This document shows, one piece after another, positions 38,858 through 47,787 of a stretch of DNA of 64,000 nt (within the stretch, counting starts at the first letter, position 1; every line of letters starts with the position of its first letter). Source of the stretch: Streptosporangiaceae bacterium (GTDB taxonomy: Bacteria > Actinomycetota > Actinomycetes > Streptosporangiales > Streptosporangiaceae); assembly GCA_036495585.1 (NCBI GenBank), contig DASXMP010000127.1:12749-76748 (forward strand). Direction: 5' to 3'. Made by a program: the position numbers and the translations under genes. The notes under the pieces were generated by a model. It was not told where the DNA came from. It saw only the letters and a list, made by a program, of their open reading frames with translations, and did not search any database.

Positions 38858-39846
38858 GTGAGGGCCCCCTGCCGCACGGAGGCCCGCACGTAGCCCATCG
38901 TCACGATGAGCAGGATGACGGCGAAGATCAGCGCGAGCGCTCCGCCCAGGCCGTAGCTCGGCGGGAACGTGAAGGCCTTGTCGTAGATGTACAAAGACAG
39001 GTTGTACTCGTTCAGGTTGGCCAGCCCGGCAATGATGTCGCTCTGCGTGAAGATGTTGAAGTCCCAGATCACCGATAGCAGGAGCAGCACCAGGTAGATC
39101 GGCTTCATCAGCGGGAACGTGACCCGCCAGAAGACCCGCCAGGCGCTGGCTCCGTCCACCCGCGCGGCCTCGCCGAGTTCGGCCGGGATGGTCTTGAGGC
39201 CGGCCAGCACGGTGACCGCGATGAACGGGAACGCCTGCCAGATCACGAGCAGCGCGATCAGGGTGTAGGCGGGCAGCGCGCCATTGGTCGACCAGTTGTA
39301 CTGGGCCCAGTTTGTGCTGCCGACTAGCCAGTGCGGGAGCCTGGCCAGGGTCCAGTCGACGATTCCGCCGTCGGGGCTGAACATCCAGTAGAACAGGACG
39401 GCCGCCGACACCGGCGGCGTAGCCCAGGCCAGCAGCGCGGCTGTGCTGACGAACACCGACATGCGCCGGCCCAGGCGGTTCAGCAGCAGGCCGACGATGG
39501 AGCCGAGAATCAGGCTGAGCGGCACGACGACGATCGCGAAGAGAACGCTGATCCGCAGCGACAGCCAGAACTCCGGATCTTTGAAGGTGGTGGCGAAGTT
39601 CGCGAAGCCGACCCACTGCGTGGGCAGCGCACCGGTGATCTGCTGAATCCCGTAGTTCTGGAACGAGTAGATGACGACCTGAACCAGCGGCCAGAGCAGG
39701 ACCAGCGCTATCCCCGCGAGTGCCGGGAGCAGCAGCAGGTACGGTGCCAGCTTGTGCCGGCGTATAAACGCGCCGAGCCGGGGCCTGATCGGCCCGGCCG
39801 GCCGGCGCCGCAGCACGCCAGTGCCGGGCTGGAGGGTCTCAGCCAT
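38854..39846 (-). CDS. Carbohydrate ABC transporter permease (MalF-like)
   Basis: The EAA loop is GEAARVDGASAWRVFWRVTFPL. ATG 39846 is preferred. Confidence 0.85.
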   Translation of the reverse strand: MAETLQPGTGVLRRRPAGPIRPRLGAFIRRHKLAPYLLLLPALAGIALVLLWPLVQVVIYSFQNYGIQQITGALPTQWVGFANFATTFKDPEFWLSLRISVLFAIVVVPLSLILGSIVGLLLNRLGRRMSVFVSTAALLAWATPPVSAAVLFYWMFSPDGGIVDWTLARLPHWLVGSTNWAQYNWSTNGALPAYTLIALLVIWQAFPFIAVTVLAGLKTIPAELGEAARVDGASAWRVFWRVTFPLMKPIYLVLLLLSVIWDFNIFTQSDIIAGLANLNEYNLSLYIYDKAFTFPPSYGLGGALALIFAVILLIVTMGYVRASVRQGALT

Positions 39847-39946
39847 TGATCTGGTCAACTCCCTGGGGAATGGTGCCTGGCCGGCTGGCTGGCCCGCACA
39901 CGGCAGGCCAGCCAGCCCAGACAGTGACAATCAGAACAGTGACCGA

Positions 39947-41308
39947 TCAGCCAGTCTCGCTGCCGCTGTTGAGCACATTCTGGAGTTCGGTGTTTGCCTG
40001 ACTGACCGTGGACTGGAAGTTAGCCCCCGACTCCAGTGCCTTCATCATCGTCGGGATGATGTTGTACTTGCCGGTGTCCGCGGTCGCCCAGTTCGTCGTG
40101 TTGAGCGGCGAGATCTGGGTGTAGCCGGCCGCCTTGGCGAAGCCAGACATGACCGGGCTGCTCGAGTACACCGGGCTGGAGAGCTGCGAGGTGAACTCGG
40201 GGAAGAAGCCCTGCGAGTTAGCGAACGTGGTCGCGTTCGAGGTGCTGTCCATCACCGAGATCAGGTCCCAGTCAACGCTCTTGTACTTGCTGTTGACCCA
40301 GACGCCGAGGTCCGAGCCGCCCGAGAAGGCCGGGGACGGGTTCGGCCCGTTCTGGCTCGGGATCGGGAACGAGGCCCACTGTGACTGGTTCTTCTTGCTG
40401 ACCTGCTCGAGCTGCGCCTCGGCCCACGGGCCGTCGATATACATGTCGAGCTTGCCGAGCGCGAAGTCCTCCTCTGCTCCGCCCGGACCGGCCGTGCCCG
40501 GCGCGCCGATCTCGGTCTCGCCGATGTACTTGGTAGTGGAGACGTGCTCGGTGGTCAGCAGGTCGGCGTAGAACTTGATGCCGGCCTCAGACTGAGGCGA
40601 GGTGAGCTGCGCCACCCATTTGCCGCCCTGCTGCACCGCAACCTGGCCGCCAGCGCCCCAGATGAAGCTGGCGATCGCGTCGGTGTCGTCGGTCGGCGCG
40701 CCGATGCCGAAGGTGCCGGGGTTCTTGGCCATCAGCGTCTTCGCGTCGCTGACGAGCTGAGTCCACGTGGTCGGAGTTGAGGTGATACCGGCCTGGCTGA
40801 ACTGGTTCTTGTTGTACCAGATGCCGCGCACGCCACCGAACCACGGCACGCCGTAGATGGTGCCCTTGACCGTGTCATTGGCCAGGTTGCCGGCGATGAG
40901 CTGCGAATCGTTCGACCAGCCCTTCACATTGGACGTGATCCCGGCGAGGGCGCCCTGTGCGGCCAGGCCCGGCGTCTCGGTGTTGCCCATCTCGGTGATG
41001 TCTGGACCGCCCTTGCCGCTGGTCAGCGCGTTAGTCCAGTCCGTGGTGTTGCTGGTCCACGGAATCCAGTCGACCACCACCTTGGTCTTCTTGTACTGCG
41101 GGAACTGCTTGTGGAACTGCTTGGTGACGGCGGTCATCCAGCTCACCTGTGACGCCACGGACGAGCCCATGCGCCACACGACGAGCTTGGCGGGCGCCGA
41201 CGACGCCGCCGACGGCGAACTGCCGCCGCTGGAACCGCAGCCTGCTACGGCTGCTCCGGCGACCACGGCGATTGCGCCGAATGCGGCCGCCGATCTAGTG
41301 AATCTCAC
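39947..41308 (-). CDS. Extracellular sugar-binding lipoprotein (ABC family 1 solute-binding protein)
   Basis: The lipobox is AVAGCGSSGG. 453 aa. It is the first gene of the SBP-permease-permease-GH3 operon. Confidence 0.85.
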   Translation of the reverse strand: MRFTRSAAAFGAIAVVAGAAVAGCGSSGGSSPSAASSAPAKLVVWRMGSSVASQVSWMTAVTKQFHKQFPQYKKTKVVVDWIPWTSNTTDWTNALTSGKGGPDITEMGNTETPGLAAQGALAGITSNVKGWSNDSQLIAGNLANDTVKGTIYGVPWFGGVRGIWYNKNQFSQAGITSTPTTWTQLVSDAKTLMAKNPGTFGIGAPTDDTDAIASFIWGAGGQVAVQQGGKWVAQLTSPQSEAGIKFYADLLTTEHVSTTKYIGETEIGAPGTAGPGGAEEDFALGKLDMYIDGPWAEAQLEQVSKKNQSQWASFPIPSQNGPNPSPAFSGGSDLGVWVNSKYKSVDWDLISVMDSTSNATTFANSQGFFPEFTSQLSSPVYSSSPVMSGFAKAAGYTQISPLNTTNWATADTGKYNIIPTMMKALESGANFQSTVSQANTELQNVLNSGSETG

Positions 41309-41497
41309 TGCCGATCTCCCTTCCCGGCTTTTATCTCAGCGGAGGCGACGTCCGCGCGGGCGGACGTCTTGTGGGCTGCTTCCGGCGGCCGGGCCACCTA
41401 GGCTAGCTGCGGGCCTGCGTGCGCTGGCCCGTTTTGAGCTGGTTTGGCATCCGGCCGGGCGGGGAGCCCGACGTGCGTTTCTGGCGAGGAAACTAAC

Positions 41498-41510
41498 AGG
41501 AAACTTTCCT
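41498..41510. promoter_or_regulatory. Palindrome AGGAAAcTTTCCT in the AT-rich divergent promoter (candidate ROK operator)
   Basis: It is preceded by a direct half-copy, aGGAAACTa, at 41488-41496. It lies between the SBP and ROK genes. Confidence 0.35.
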
Positions 41511-41600
41511 ATAAGATAGAGTCCGTTGCCATATTGAGATACTGACGGGACCGCGCAGCACGACTGCGGGTCAGCGGTGCGGCGATGAAGGGGTGGGGGA

Positions 41601-42788
41601 ATGCAGCGACGCCCGGGCACGCCGAGCCTGTTGCGCGAGCTCAACGACAGGTCGGCGCTGGAGCTGCTGCTCACTGACGGCCCGATGACCCGTGCCCAGC
41701 TCGGAGAGCAGACCGGCTTGTCCAAGGTCACCGCATCCCAGCTGCTGGCGCGGCTGGAAGAGCGCGGGCTGGTCGAGGTGGCGGGAGAGCAGGCTGGCGG
41801 CCGGGGGCCGAACGCGGCGATCTACGCGGTGGTCCCGTCCACGGCTTACGTCGCGGGTTTGCACGTCGAGCGGGACGAGATCAGCGCCAGTGTGGCCGAC
41901 ATTACCGGGAACTGCATCGCTGGAATCTCGGTCGATCCGAGCGACGCGGCCGATCCGGTCGAACTGGTTCGCGGCGCGGTCCAGGCGGCGTGCCGGTCGG
42001 CCGGGGTGCCACCAGAATCGCTGCGCGCGTTCGTGATTGGCACGCCCGGCGTGCTGGACCCGCGCACCGGTGATCCGCGCCTGGCCGTGAACCTGCCCGC
42101 CTGGCACGAAGGCGTCCTGGAGGCCCTGCGCAGCGACCTCGGCCGGCCCGTCACGCTGCAGAACGACGTGAACCTGGCCGCGATGGCTGAGCGCGTCGTG
42201 GGTGCGGCCACTGGCGCCGACGACTTCGTGCTGGTCTGGCTCAGCGTCGGCGTCGGCCTGGCCACGGTGCTCGGCGGCCGGATACACCGTGGCGCTGGCG
42301 GAGCCGCCGGCGAGATCGGGTACCTGCCGGTGCCCGGCGTGCCGCTGCCGGAGGACGTGACGCATCCGGACACGGGGGCGTTCCAGCGGCTGGTTGGCGC
42401 GCAAGCGGTGCTGCTGCTCGCCGCCGAGCACGGCTTCGACGCGGGTTCGGCGGCGATGGCCGTCGCGAAGGCTGTCAGCGCGGCGCAGGCGGGAGAGGAC
42501 CGCGGCGTTGCATTTCTCGCCGATTTCGCCAGCCGGGTCGCAACCGGCGTCGCCGCAATCTCGGTGGTGCTCGATCCAGGCCTCGTTGTCCTCGGCGGCG
42601 ACGTGGGCCTGGCCGGCGGACCAGAGCTGGCCAGCCGGGTCGCCGCCGAGGTCGGCCGCATCAGCCCGGCCCGACCGGACGTGGTGCCAACAGCCGTCAC
42701 CGGCGGCCCGGTGCTGCGCGGCGCGCTCCTGGCCGCCGTCGATCAAGCCCGCGCTGAACTGCTCGCCTCGGTCGCGAGTCCCGCCTGA
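41601..42788 (+). CDS. ROK-family transcriptional repressor (NagC/XylR-like)
   Basis: The N-terminal wHTH is MTRAQLGEQTGLSKVTASQLLARLEERGLV. The ROK sugar-kinase-like body contains GAGGAAGEIGYLP. Confidence 0.85.
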   Translation: MQRRPGTPSLLRELNDRSALELLLTDGPMTRAQLGEQTGLSKVTASQLLARLEERGLVEVAGEQAGGRGPNAAIYAVVPSTAYVAGLHVERDEISASVADITGNCIAGISVDPSDAADPVELVRGAVQAACRSAGVPPESLRAFVIGTPGVLDPRTGDPRLAVNLPAWHEGVLEALRSDLGRPVTLQNDVNLAAMAERVVGAATGADDFVLVWLSVGVGLATVLGGRIHRGAGGAAGEIGYLPVPGVPLPEDVTHPDTGAFQRLVGAQAVLLLAAEHGFDAGSAAMAVAKAVSAAQAGEDRGVAFLADFASRVATGVAAISVVLDPGLVVLGGDVGLAGGPELASRVAAEVGRISPARPDVVPTAVTGGPVLRGALLAAVDQARAELLASVASPA

Positions 42789-43008
42789 CCCGGCCGATAG
42801 ACCGCGGACGGCCAGCTAGTCGCCAGCTGGAGGCAGCTGCGGCCAGCCCGCTGGCACTATCTCGTTCACGCTTGGCAAGGACGGACGGCCGGTGAGATAA
42901 GTTGCCTGGCTAGGGTCTGAAACCTGGCGATATCGCCTGCGGTGCCCAAGGCTGGCCGGATGGGGCAGTTCCTGGACGCGCACTCGAAGCGGAAAGGGGC
43001 TCGTTCCC

Positions 43009-44505
43009 GTGGCCTTGATCAAAGTCGATCTTGATCGTGTCGTTGGCCAGGTCGACCGCCGGATCCTGAGCGGATTCACCGAGCACCTCGGGCGGTGTGT
43101 TTACGGCGGCCTCTACGACGAGGGCTCGCCGCTATCGGACCGTGAGGGCTTCCGGACTGACGTGCTGGAGGCGGTGCGTCGCCTGGCTCCGCCGGTGATG
43201 CGCTGGCCAGGCGGCAATTTCGTGTCTGGCTACCACTGGACCGACGGGATCGGGCCGCAGGACCAGCGGCCGCGCCGGATGGACCTCGCCTGGCACAAGG
43301 AAGAGTCCAACCGCTTCGGCACCGACGAGTTCATGCGATTCTGCGAGCTGGTCGGGGCCGAGCCGTACCTCTGCGTGAACATGGGGACCGGCACGGAGGA
43401 CGAGGCGCAGGCCTGGCTCGAATACTGCAACGGGACCGGCAACACCGAGTGGGCGAACAAGCGCCGGGCGGGCGGACGAGAGGCGCCGTACGGGGTCAAG
43501 TACGTTGGCCTGGGCAACGAGATGTACGGGACGTGGCAGCTCGGCCAGCTGTCGGCCGAGGACTATGTGAAGAAGGCGCGGCAGTTCGCCAAGGTGCTGA
43601 GGTGGACCGATCCATCGGTGGAACTGGTCGCCTGCGGCCTCAACGGCTGGTCGGACTGGGACGAGGTGGTAATCCCTGGCCTGGCCGAGTTCGTCGGCTG
43701 GTACAGCATCCACCTGTACACAGGAGCGCAACGGTACTGGCGCAACGTGCTGGAGCCGCACCTGGCCGAGCGGGCGATCCGGATCACCTCGGCTCTGATC
43801 GAGAAGGCCCGTTACGACCAGCGGGTTAAGCATCCGATCCACATCGCTTACGACGAGTGGGGCGTCTGGTACCGCGAGTGGGACGGCTCGACCGGTCTGG
43901 AAGAGCGGTATACGCTCGCGGACGCGCTGGCGGTGACCACGTACCTGCATGCGTTCCTGCGCAACCCGGGCACCGTCAAGATGGCCAACTTCGCTCAGCT
44001 CGTCAACGTGATAGCGCCGATCGTGACTAGCCCGGACGGCATGTTCCTGCAGACGATCTACCATCCGCTGCGGCTGTTCGCTGACTACCTGGGCACTGAA
44101 GTCGTGAACGTGTACGTGGACTGCTACCAGCGCGAGTTCACCGACGACCAGCTCGACGGACCAAGGCCCGCGCACCGTGTTGCCGACCTCGGCCCGTTCC
44201 CGATTATCGACGTCGTCGCTACCAGGTCAGGGGCAGCCGGACAGCTCATGCTGAGCGTGATCAACCGGTCGCTGGAGCGTGACATCACGGCCGACATCCG
44301 CATCGCCGGGCCGTTTCACCCGGGGAGGGCAACCGTGGCTCAGGTCAACGGCCCGGAGGCACAGACGGTCAATTCCTTCGAGCAGCCCGATGCCGTCACG
44401 GTGCAGGAGGACACCATCAAGAAGTTCGGGGACGGTATCAGCTACACGTTCCCGGCCCATTCGGTCACGGTGATCACCGTGCCTGCCACTGACGAGGGCC
44501 ACTAG
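43009..44505 (+). CDS. abfA: Alpha-L-arabinofuranosidase (GH51)
   Basis: Motifs MRWPGGNFVSGYHWTDGIGP and GLGNEMYG (acid/base Glu) are present. 498 aa with a GTG start. Confidence 0.85.
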   Translation: MALIKVDLDRVVGQVDRRILSGFTEHLGRCVYGGLYDEGSPLSDREGFRTDVLEAVRRLAPPVMRWPGGNFVSGYHWTDGIGPQDQRPRRMDLAWHKEESNRFGTDEFMRFCELVGAEPYLCVNMGTGTEDEAQAWLEYCNGTGNTEWANKRRAGGREAPYGVKYVGLGNEMYGTWQLGQLSAEDYVKKARQFAKVLRWTDPSVELVACGLNGWSDWDEVVIPGLAEFVGWYSIHLYTGAQRYWRNVLEPHLAERAIRITSALIEKARYDQRVKHPIHIAYDEWGVWYREWDGSTGLEERYTLADALAVTTYLHAFLRNPGTVKMANFAQLVNVIAPIVTSPDGMFLQTIYHPLRLFADYLGTEVVNVYVDCYQREFTDDQLDGPRPAHRVADLGPFPIIDVVATRSGAAGQLMLSVINRSLERDITADIRIAGPFHPGRATVAQVNGPEAQTVNSFEQPDAVTVQEDTIKKFGDGISYTFPAHSVTVITVPATDEGH

Positions 44506-44605
44506 CGCGAGCGCCGGACCGTCCGGCTGACGCCCGGCAGTTGCCGTCGGGCAGCGTAAGCTTTCCGGGCGGACATTTCCGGCGGATCGAAAGGCCTGGT
44601 CGCTC

Positions 44606-45631
44606 ATGCACATTTCGGAGATCAGCACCCCAGCCCTGCTGGTCGATCGCGATGCGCTGGAGCGCAACCTCGCCACGATGGCTGCTGCGCTGCCAGGGGA
44701 CCGGCTCCGCCCGCACGTGAAGGCGCACAAATGCACTGGCATCGCCCAGCGCCAAGCGGCAGCCGGGCACAGCAAGTTCACCTGTGCCACCATCCGCGAG
44801 TGCGAGATCATGGCGGTCGCTGGGCTCGGCGACGATCTGCTGCTGGCCAATGAGGTGCTGGATGCGTGGCGCCTCGGCAAGCTTGTCGAGGCCGGCGTCC
44901 GGGTGACGCTCGCGGTGGACTCGGCGCAGACGATCGAGGCGGCCGCGGCGGGCGGCGTGCCTGAGGTTGTCATCGACGTCAACGTCGGCCTGCCGCGCTG
45001 TGGCTGCGCGCCGGAGGACGCGGGTCGGCTCGCCGACCTGGCCCGGCGCCGCGGCCTGGAGGTGCGCGGCGTGATGGGCTACGAGGGGCACGTCGTCGGC
45101 CTGGAAGATGCGGGGGAGCGCGCGCAGCGCTGCCAGGCCTCGATGGAACTGCTCGTCGCCGCGCACGCCGACGTCGGCGGCGAGCTGGTATCGGCCGGCG
45201 GCACCGGCACGTACGAGCTGAACACCTGGGCGACCGAGATCCAGGCTGGTTCGTATGCCCTGATGGACACCGCCTACAGCCGGCTCGGCCTGCCCTTCGA
45301 GCAGGCGGCGTTCGTGCTGGCCACGGTCATCTCAGCGGCACCCGACTGGGCGGTCGCGGACGCTGGCCTCAAGGCCTTCGGTATGGACCACGGGAACCCG
45401 GACGTGGTCGAGGGCACCGTGCTGTTCTGCTCCGACGAGCACGTTACGTTCGTCCCGCCGCGCCCCGTGGGAGAGCGCGCCTGGCTGATTCCCGCGCACA
45501 TTGACCCGACCATGGCCTACCACGACCGCGTCTACGTCTTTTCCGGCGATGAGGTGGTCGAAATCTGGCTGATCGACATGCGTGGCTGGGACACGTATGG
45601 TCCGGTCGAGCTATCCCGCAAGGGTGACTGA
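44606..45631 (+). CDS. PLP enzyme of the alanine-racemase-N fold (D-serine deaminase / D-threonine aldolase-like, DSD1 family)
   Basis: N-terminal region TPALLVDRDALERNL. The PLP lysine lies in PHVKAHKC. Confidence 0.7.
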   Translation: MHISEISTPALLVDRDALERNLATMAAALPGDRLRPHVKAHKCTGIAQRQAAAGHSKFTCATIRECEIMAVAGLGDDLLLANEVLDAWRLGKLVEAGVRVTLAVDSAQTIEAAAAGGVPEVVIDVNVGLPRCGCAPEDAGRLADLARRRGLEVRGVMGYEGHVVGLEDAGERAQRCQASMELLVAAHADVGGELVSAGGTGTYELNTWATEIQAGSYALMDTAYSRLGLPFEQAAFVLATVISAAPDWAVADAGLKAFGMDHGNPDVVEGTVLFCSDEHVTFVPPRPVGERAWLIPAHIDPTMAYHDRVYVFSGDEVVEIWLIDMRGWDTYGPVELSRKGD

Positions 45632-45657
45632 GCCGCCGCTGGTGGCACAGGTGCTGC

Positions 45658-45717
45658 GGCTCAGGCGTGTCTGCCTGAGGTGTGTCTGGCTCAGGTGTGT
45701 CTGGCTCAGGTGACGAG
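45658..45717. repeat. Four 15-bp tandem repeats (GGCTCAGGTGTGTCT)
   Basis: The units are at 45658, 45673 (an inverted variant that forms a hairpin with unit 1), 45688 and 45703. The last unit contains the amidohydrolase stop codon. Confidence 0.85.
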
Positions 45718-46896
45718 CCAGACGCGCCACAGTGCGGCTGGGTCAGACAGCGGATCGCCGTGCACGAAGACAAGATCGGCCGGGCCACCCTGCCGGATGA
45801 TGCCGGCGTCCGGCTCGCCGAGGAGCTGCCCGCCGTTGCGGGTCGCCGCGGCGAGCGCTTGCCACGGCTCCAGGCCCGCGGTCACCAGGCATTCCACTTC
45901 CCAGGCGAGCTGATTGGCGCGCAGGGATCCGCCACCGAAGTCGGTGCCTGCCGCCACCAGCACGCCGGCGCGAACGGCGAGCCGGACGCTCTCGTGCGCC
46001 CACTCCCGGCGGGCGGCGATGTCTGCCTTTCGCGGCGGCTCGGTGAAGCGCGGGATGACCGTCGTGCGGCCGAAGGTGCGCCACGACTCCAGCACAGCCA
46101 GCGTGGACACCAGCGCCACGTTGTTTGCCGCCATCAGCGCGGCCACGTCGGAGTCGAGCTGGAAGCCGTGCTCCAGGGAGTCGACCCCGGCCTCGGCGCC
46201 CACTCGCGCTCCGGGGAGCATGCCCGAGTGCGCTGTCACCCGGGCACCCCGGGCATGCGCCACCTCGACGACAGCGCGCACCTCGCTCGCCGTGAACGGT
46301 GAGGTCTCGCGATCCGGCCCGTCGAGGTACAGCTTGATGAAGTCGGCGCCGTCGTCGAGCTGCCCGACGGCGGCGGCAACAAGACCGTCCCCGTCGCCGA
46401 CCTCGACCGACAGCCCGCCAGGAAGCGAGCCAGCTCGGGTGACCCAGCAACCCGCAGCCCGCACATAGGGATACTCGCGCCGCCCGGACCAGCGGTCGCG
46501 CACCCCGAGGGCCAGCGCCCGATGCCACCCGTCCACCGGATCGTCGCCGATCGGCGATCCGACGTCCCGTGCCCAGCGGATCCCGGCGCCCCGCATCAGC
46601 CGGGCGTTGTGCTCGGCGACCTCCACCAGGCGCTGCGGCGGGTCGAAGCCGCGGTCCACCCAGTGCGCGCCGCCCGGCAACGTCAGATGACTGTGGCTGT
46701 CGACCATCCCGGCGACGACGGTCGAGCCGGACGCGTCGACGACGACTGTGTCCGGGGCGAGCTGCGGCTCGTCTGCGACCTCGCCGATCCACTCGATCCG
46801 GTCGCCGGCGACAAGAATGCTGATGCCGGCCCGCAAGTGCGGCCCGGTCCCGTCAGCCAGGGCAGTATCACGGTAAATGGTGCGTACGGGGTCCAC
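45706..46896 (-). CDS. Metal-dependent amidohydrolase (imidazolonepropionase/prolidase-like superfamily)
   Basis: The HxH motif is GMVDSHSHL. Later His/Asp ligands are consistent with a TIM-barrel amidohydrolase architecture. Confidence 0.75.
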   Translation of the reverse strand: MDPVRTIYRDTALADGTGPHLRAGISILVAGDRIEWIGEVADEPQLAPDTVVVDASGSTVVAGMVDSHSHLTLPGGAHWVDRGFDPPQRLVEVAEHNARLMRGAGIRWARDVGSPIGDDPVDGWHRALALGVRDRWSGRREYPYVRAAGCWVTRAGSLPGGLSVEVGDGDGLVAAAVGQLDDGADFIKLYLDGPDRETSPFTASEVRAVVEVAHARGARVTAHSGMLPGARVGAEAGVDSLEHGFQLDSDVAALMAANNVALVSTLAVLESWRTFGRTTVIPRFTEPPRKADIAARREWAHESVRLAVRAGVLVAAGTDFGGGSLRANQLAWEVECLVTAGLEPWQALAAATRNGGQLLGEPDAGIIRQGGPADLVFVHGDPLSDPAALWRVWLVT

Positions 46897-47755
46897 GCCG
46901 GACAGACTGTCGCGCCGCCGCTCGCTTCGTCAAGGCGGCGCGGGCGTCAACCCGCCGGGTTTGTCCCGCGTCTTGATAGACGTGCTTGCACATATTCGAG
47001 TTTGGCTCGGCGTCGGCGCGCTCGCGCTGCCTCTGGCGTGTGGTGGTGCGGTCCTCGCCTCGGCAAGCGTGTCGGCGTCGAGCGCGGCGGCGAAACCGCT
47101 CGCGGGCAAAATCGTCGGCATCGACCCCGGCCACAACGGCCGCAACTGGACCGACCCAGCCTTCCTCAATCGCCAGGTCTGGAATGGCCGCGAGTGGGAG
47201 GACTGCGACACCACCGGAACCGAAACCGCAGGCGGCTACACCGAGGCGAAGTTCAACTGGAATGTTGCCACCTACCTTCGCGCCGACCTCAGCAAGGAAG
47301 GCGCCAAGGTGGTGCTGACTCGCCAGAGCAATAACGGCATCGGCCCGTGCGTCAACCGGCGCGCCCGGATACTCGACAACGCGCATGCGAACGTGTCGAT
47401 CGACATCCACGCCGATTACGCTCCCGCCTCCGGCCGCGGTTTCACGATCCTCGAGCCAGTCGCCGACACCGTGAACAAGAAGGTCGTCAAGCCTTCGCTG
47501 CGGTTCGCAACCGATGTGCATGCCGCCATGCTGACCCATACGGCCGTCCCGATCAGCGACTACTACGGCCGCAACGGCTACATCCGGCGCGACGACCTGG
47601 CCGGGCTGAACCTGACGACGATGCCGAAGGTCCTCATCGAGTGCGGCAACATGAACAACCGCGCTGACGCCGCCATGCTGGTCCGCCCTAAGGTGCAGCA
47701 GAACATCGCCAAGGCACTGGCCGCCGCGATCACGCGCTTCCTGACAGCCAAATAG
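46877..47755 (+). CDS. N-acetylmuramoyl-L-alanine amidase (Amidase_3 family), secreted
   Basis: Motifs GIDPGHNG, SIDIHAD and LIECGNMNN are present, with an N-terminal signal-like helix. The start is uncertain. The track ATG overlaps the divergent gene by 20 nt; GTG 46982 is an alternative. Confidence 0.8.
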   Translation: MVRTGSTPDRLSRRRSLRQGGAGVNPPGLSRVLIDVLAHIRVWLGVGALALPLACGGAVLASASVSASSAAAKPLAGKIVGIDPGHNGRNWTDPAFLNRQVWNGREWEDCDTTGTETAGGYTEAKFNWNVATYLRADLSKEGAKVVLTRQSNNGIGPCVNRRARILDNAHANVSIDIHADYAPASGRGFTILEPVADTVNKKVVKPSLRFATDVHAAMLTHTAVPISDYYGRNGYIRRDDLAGLNLTTMPKVLIECGNMNNRADAAMLVRPKVQQNIAKALAAAITRFLTAK

Positions 47756-47787
47756 CCGCCCAGTGCGGGCAGCGGCCTGCCGGTGGG

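Noticed and set aside
42926-42937. Perfect 12-bp palindrome GGCGATATCGCC upstream of abfA as an operator.
   Set aside because: It is a single short GC-rich palindrome with no adjacent regulator gene and no second site. It could easily occur by chance in 64 kb of high-GC DNA.
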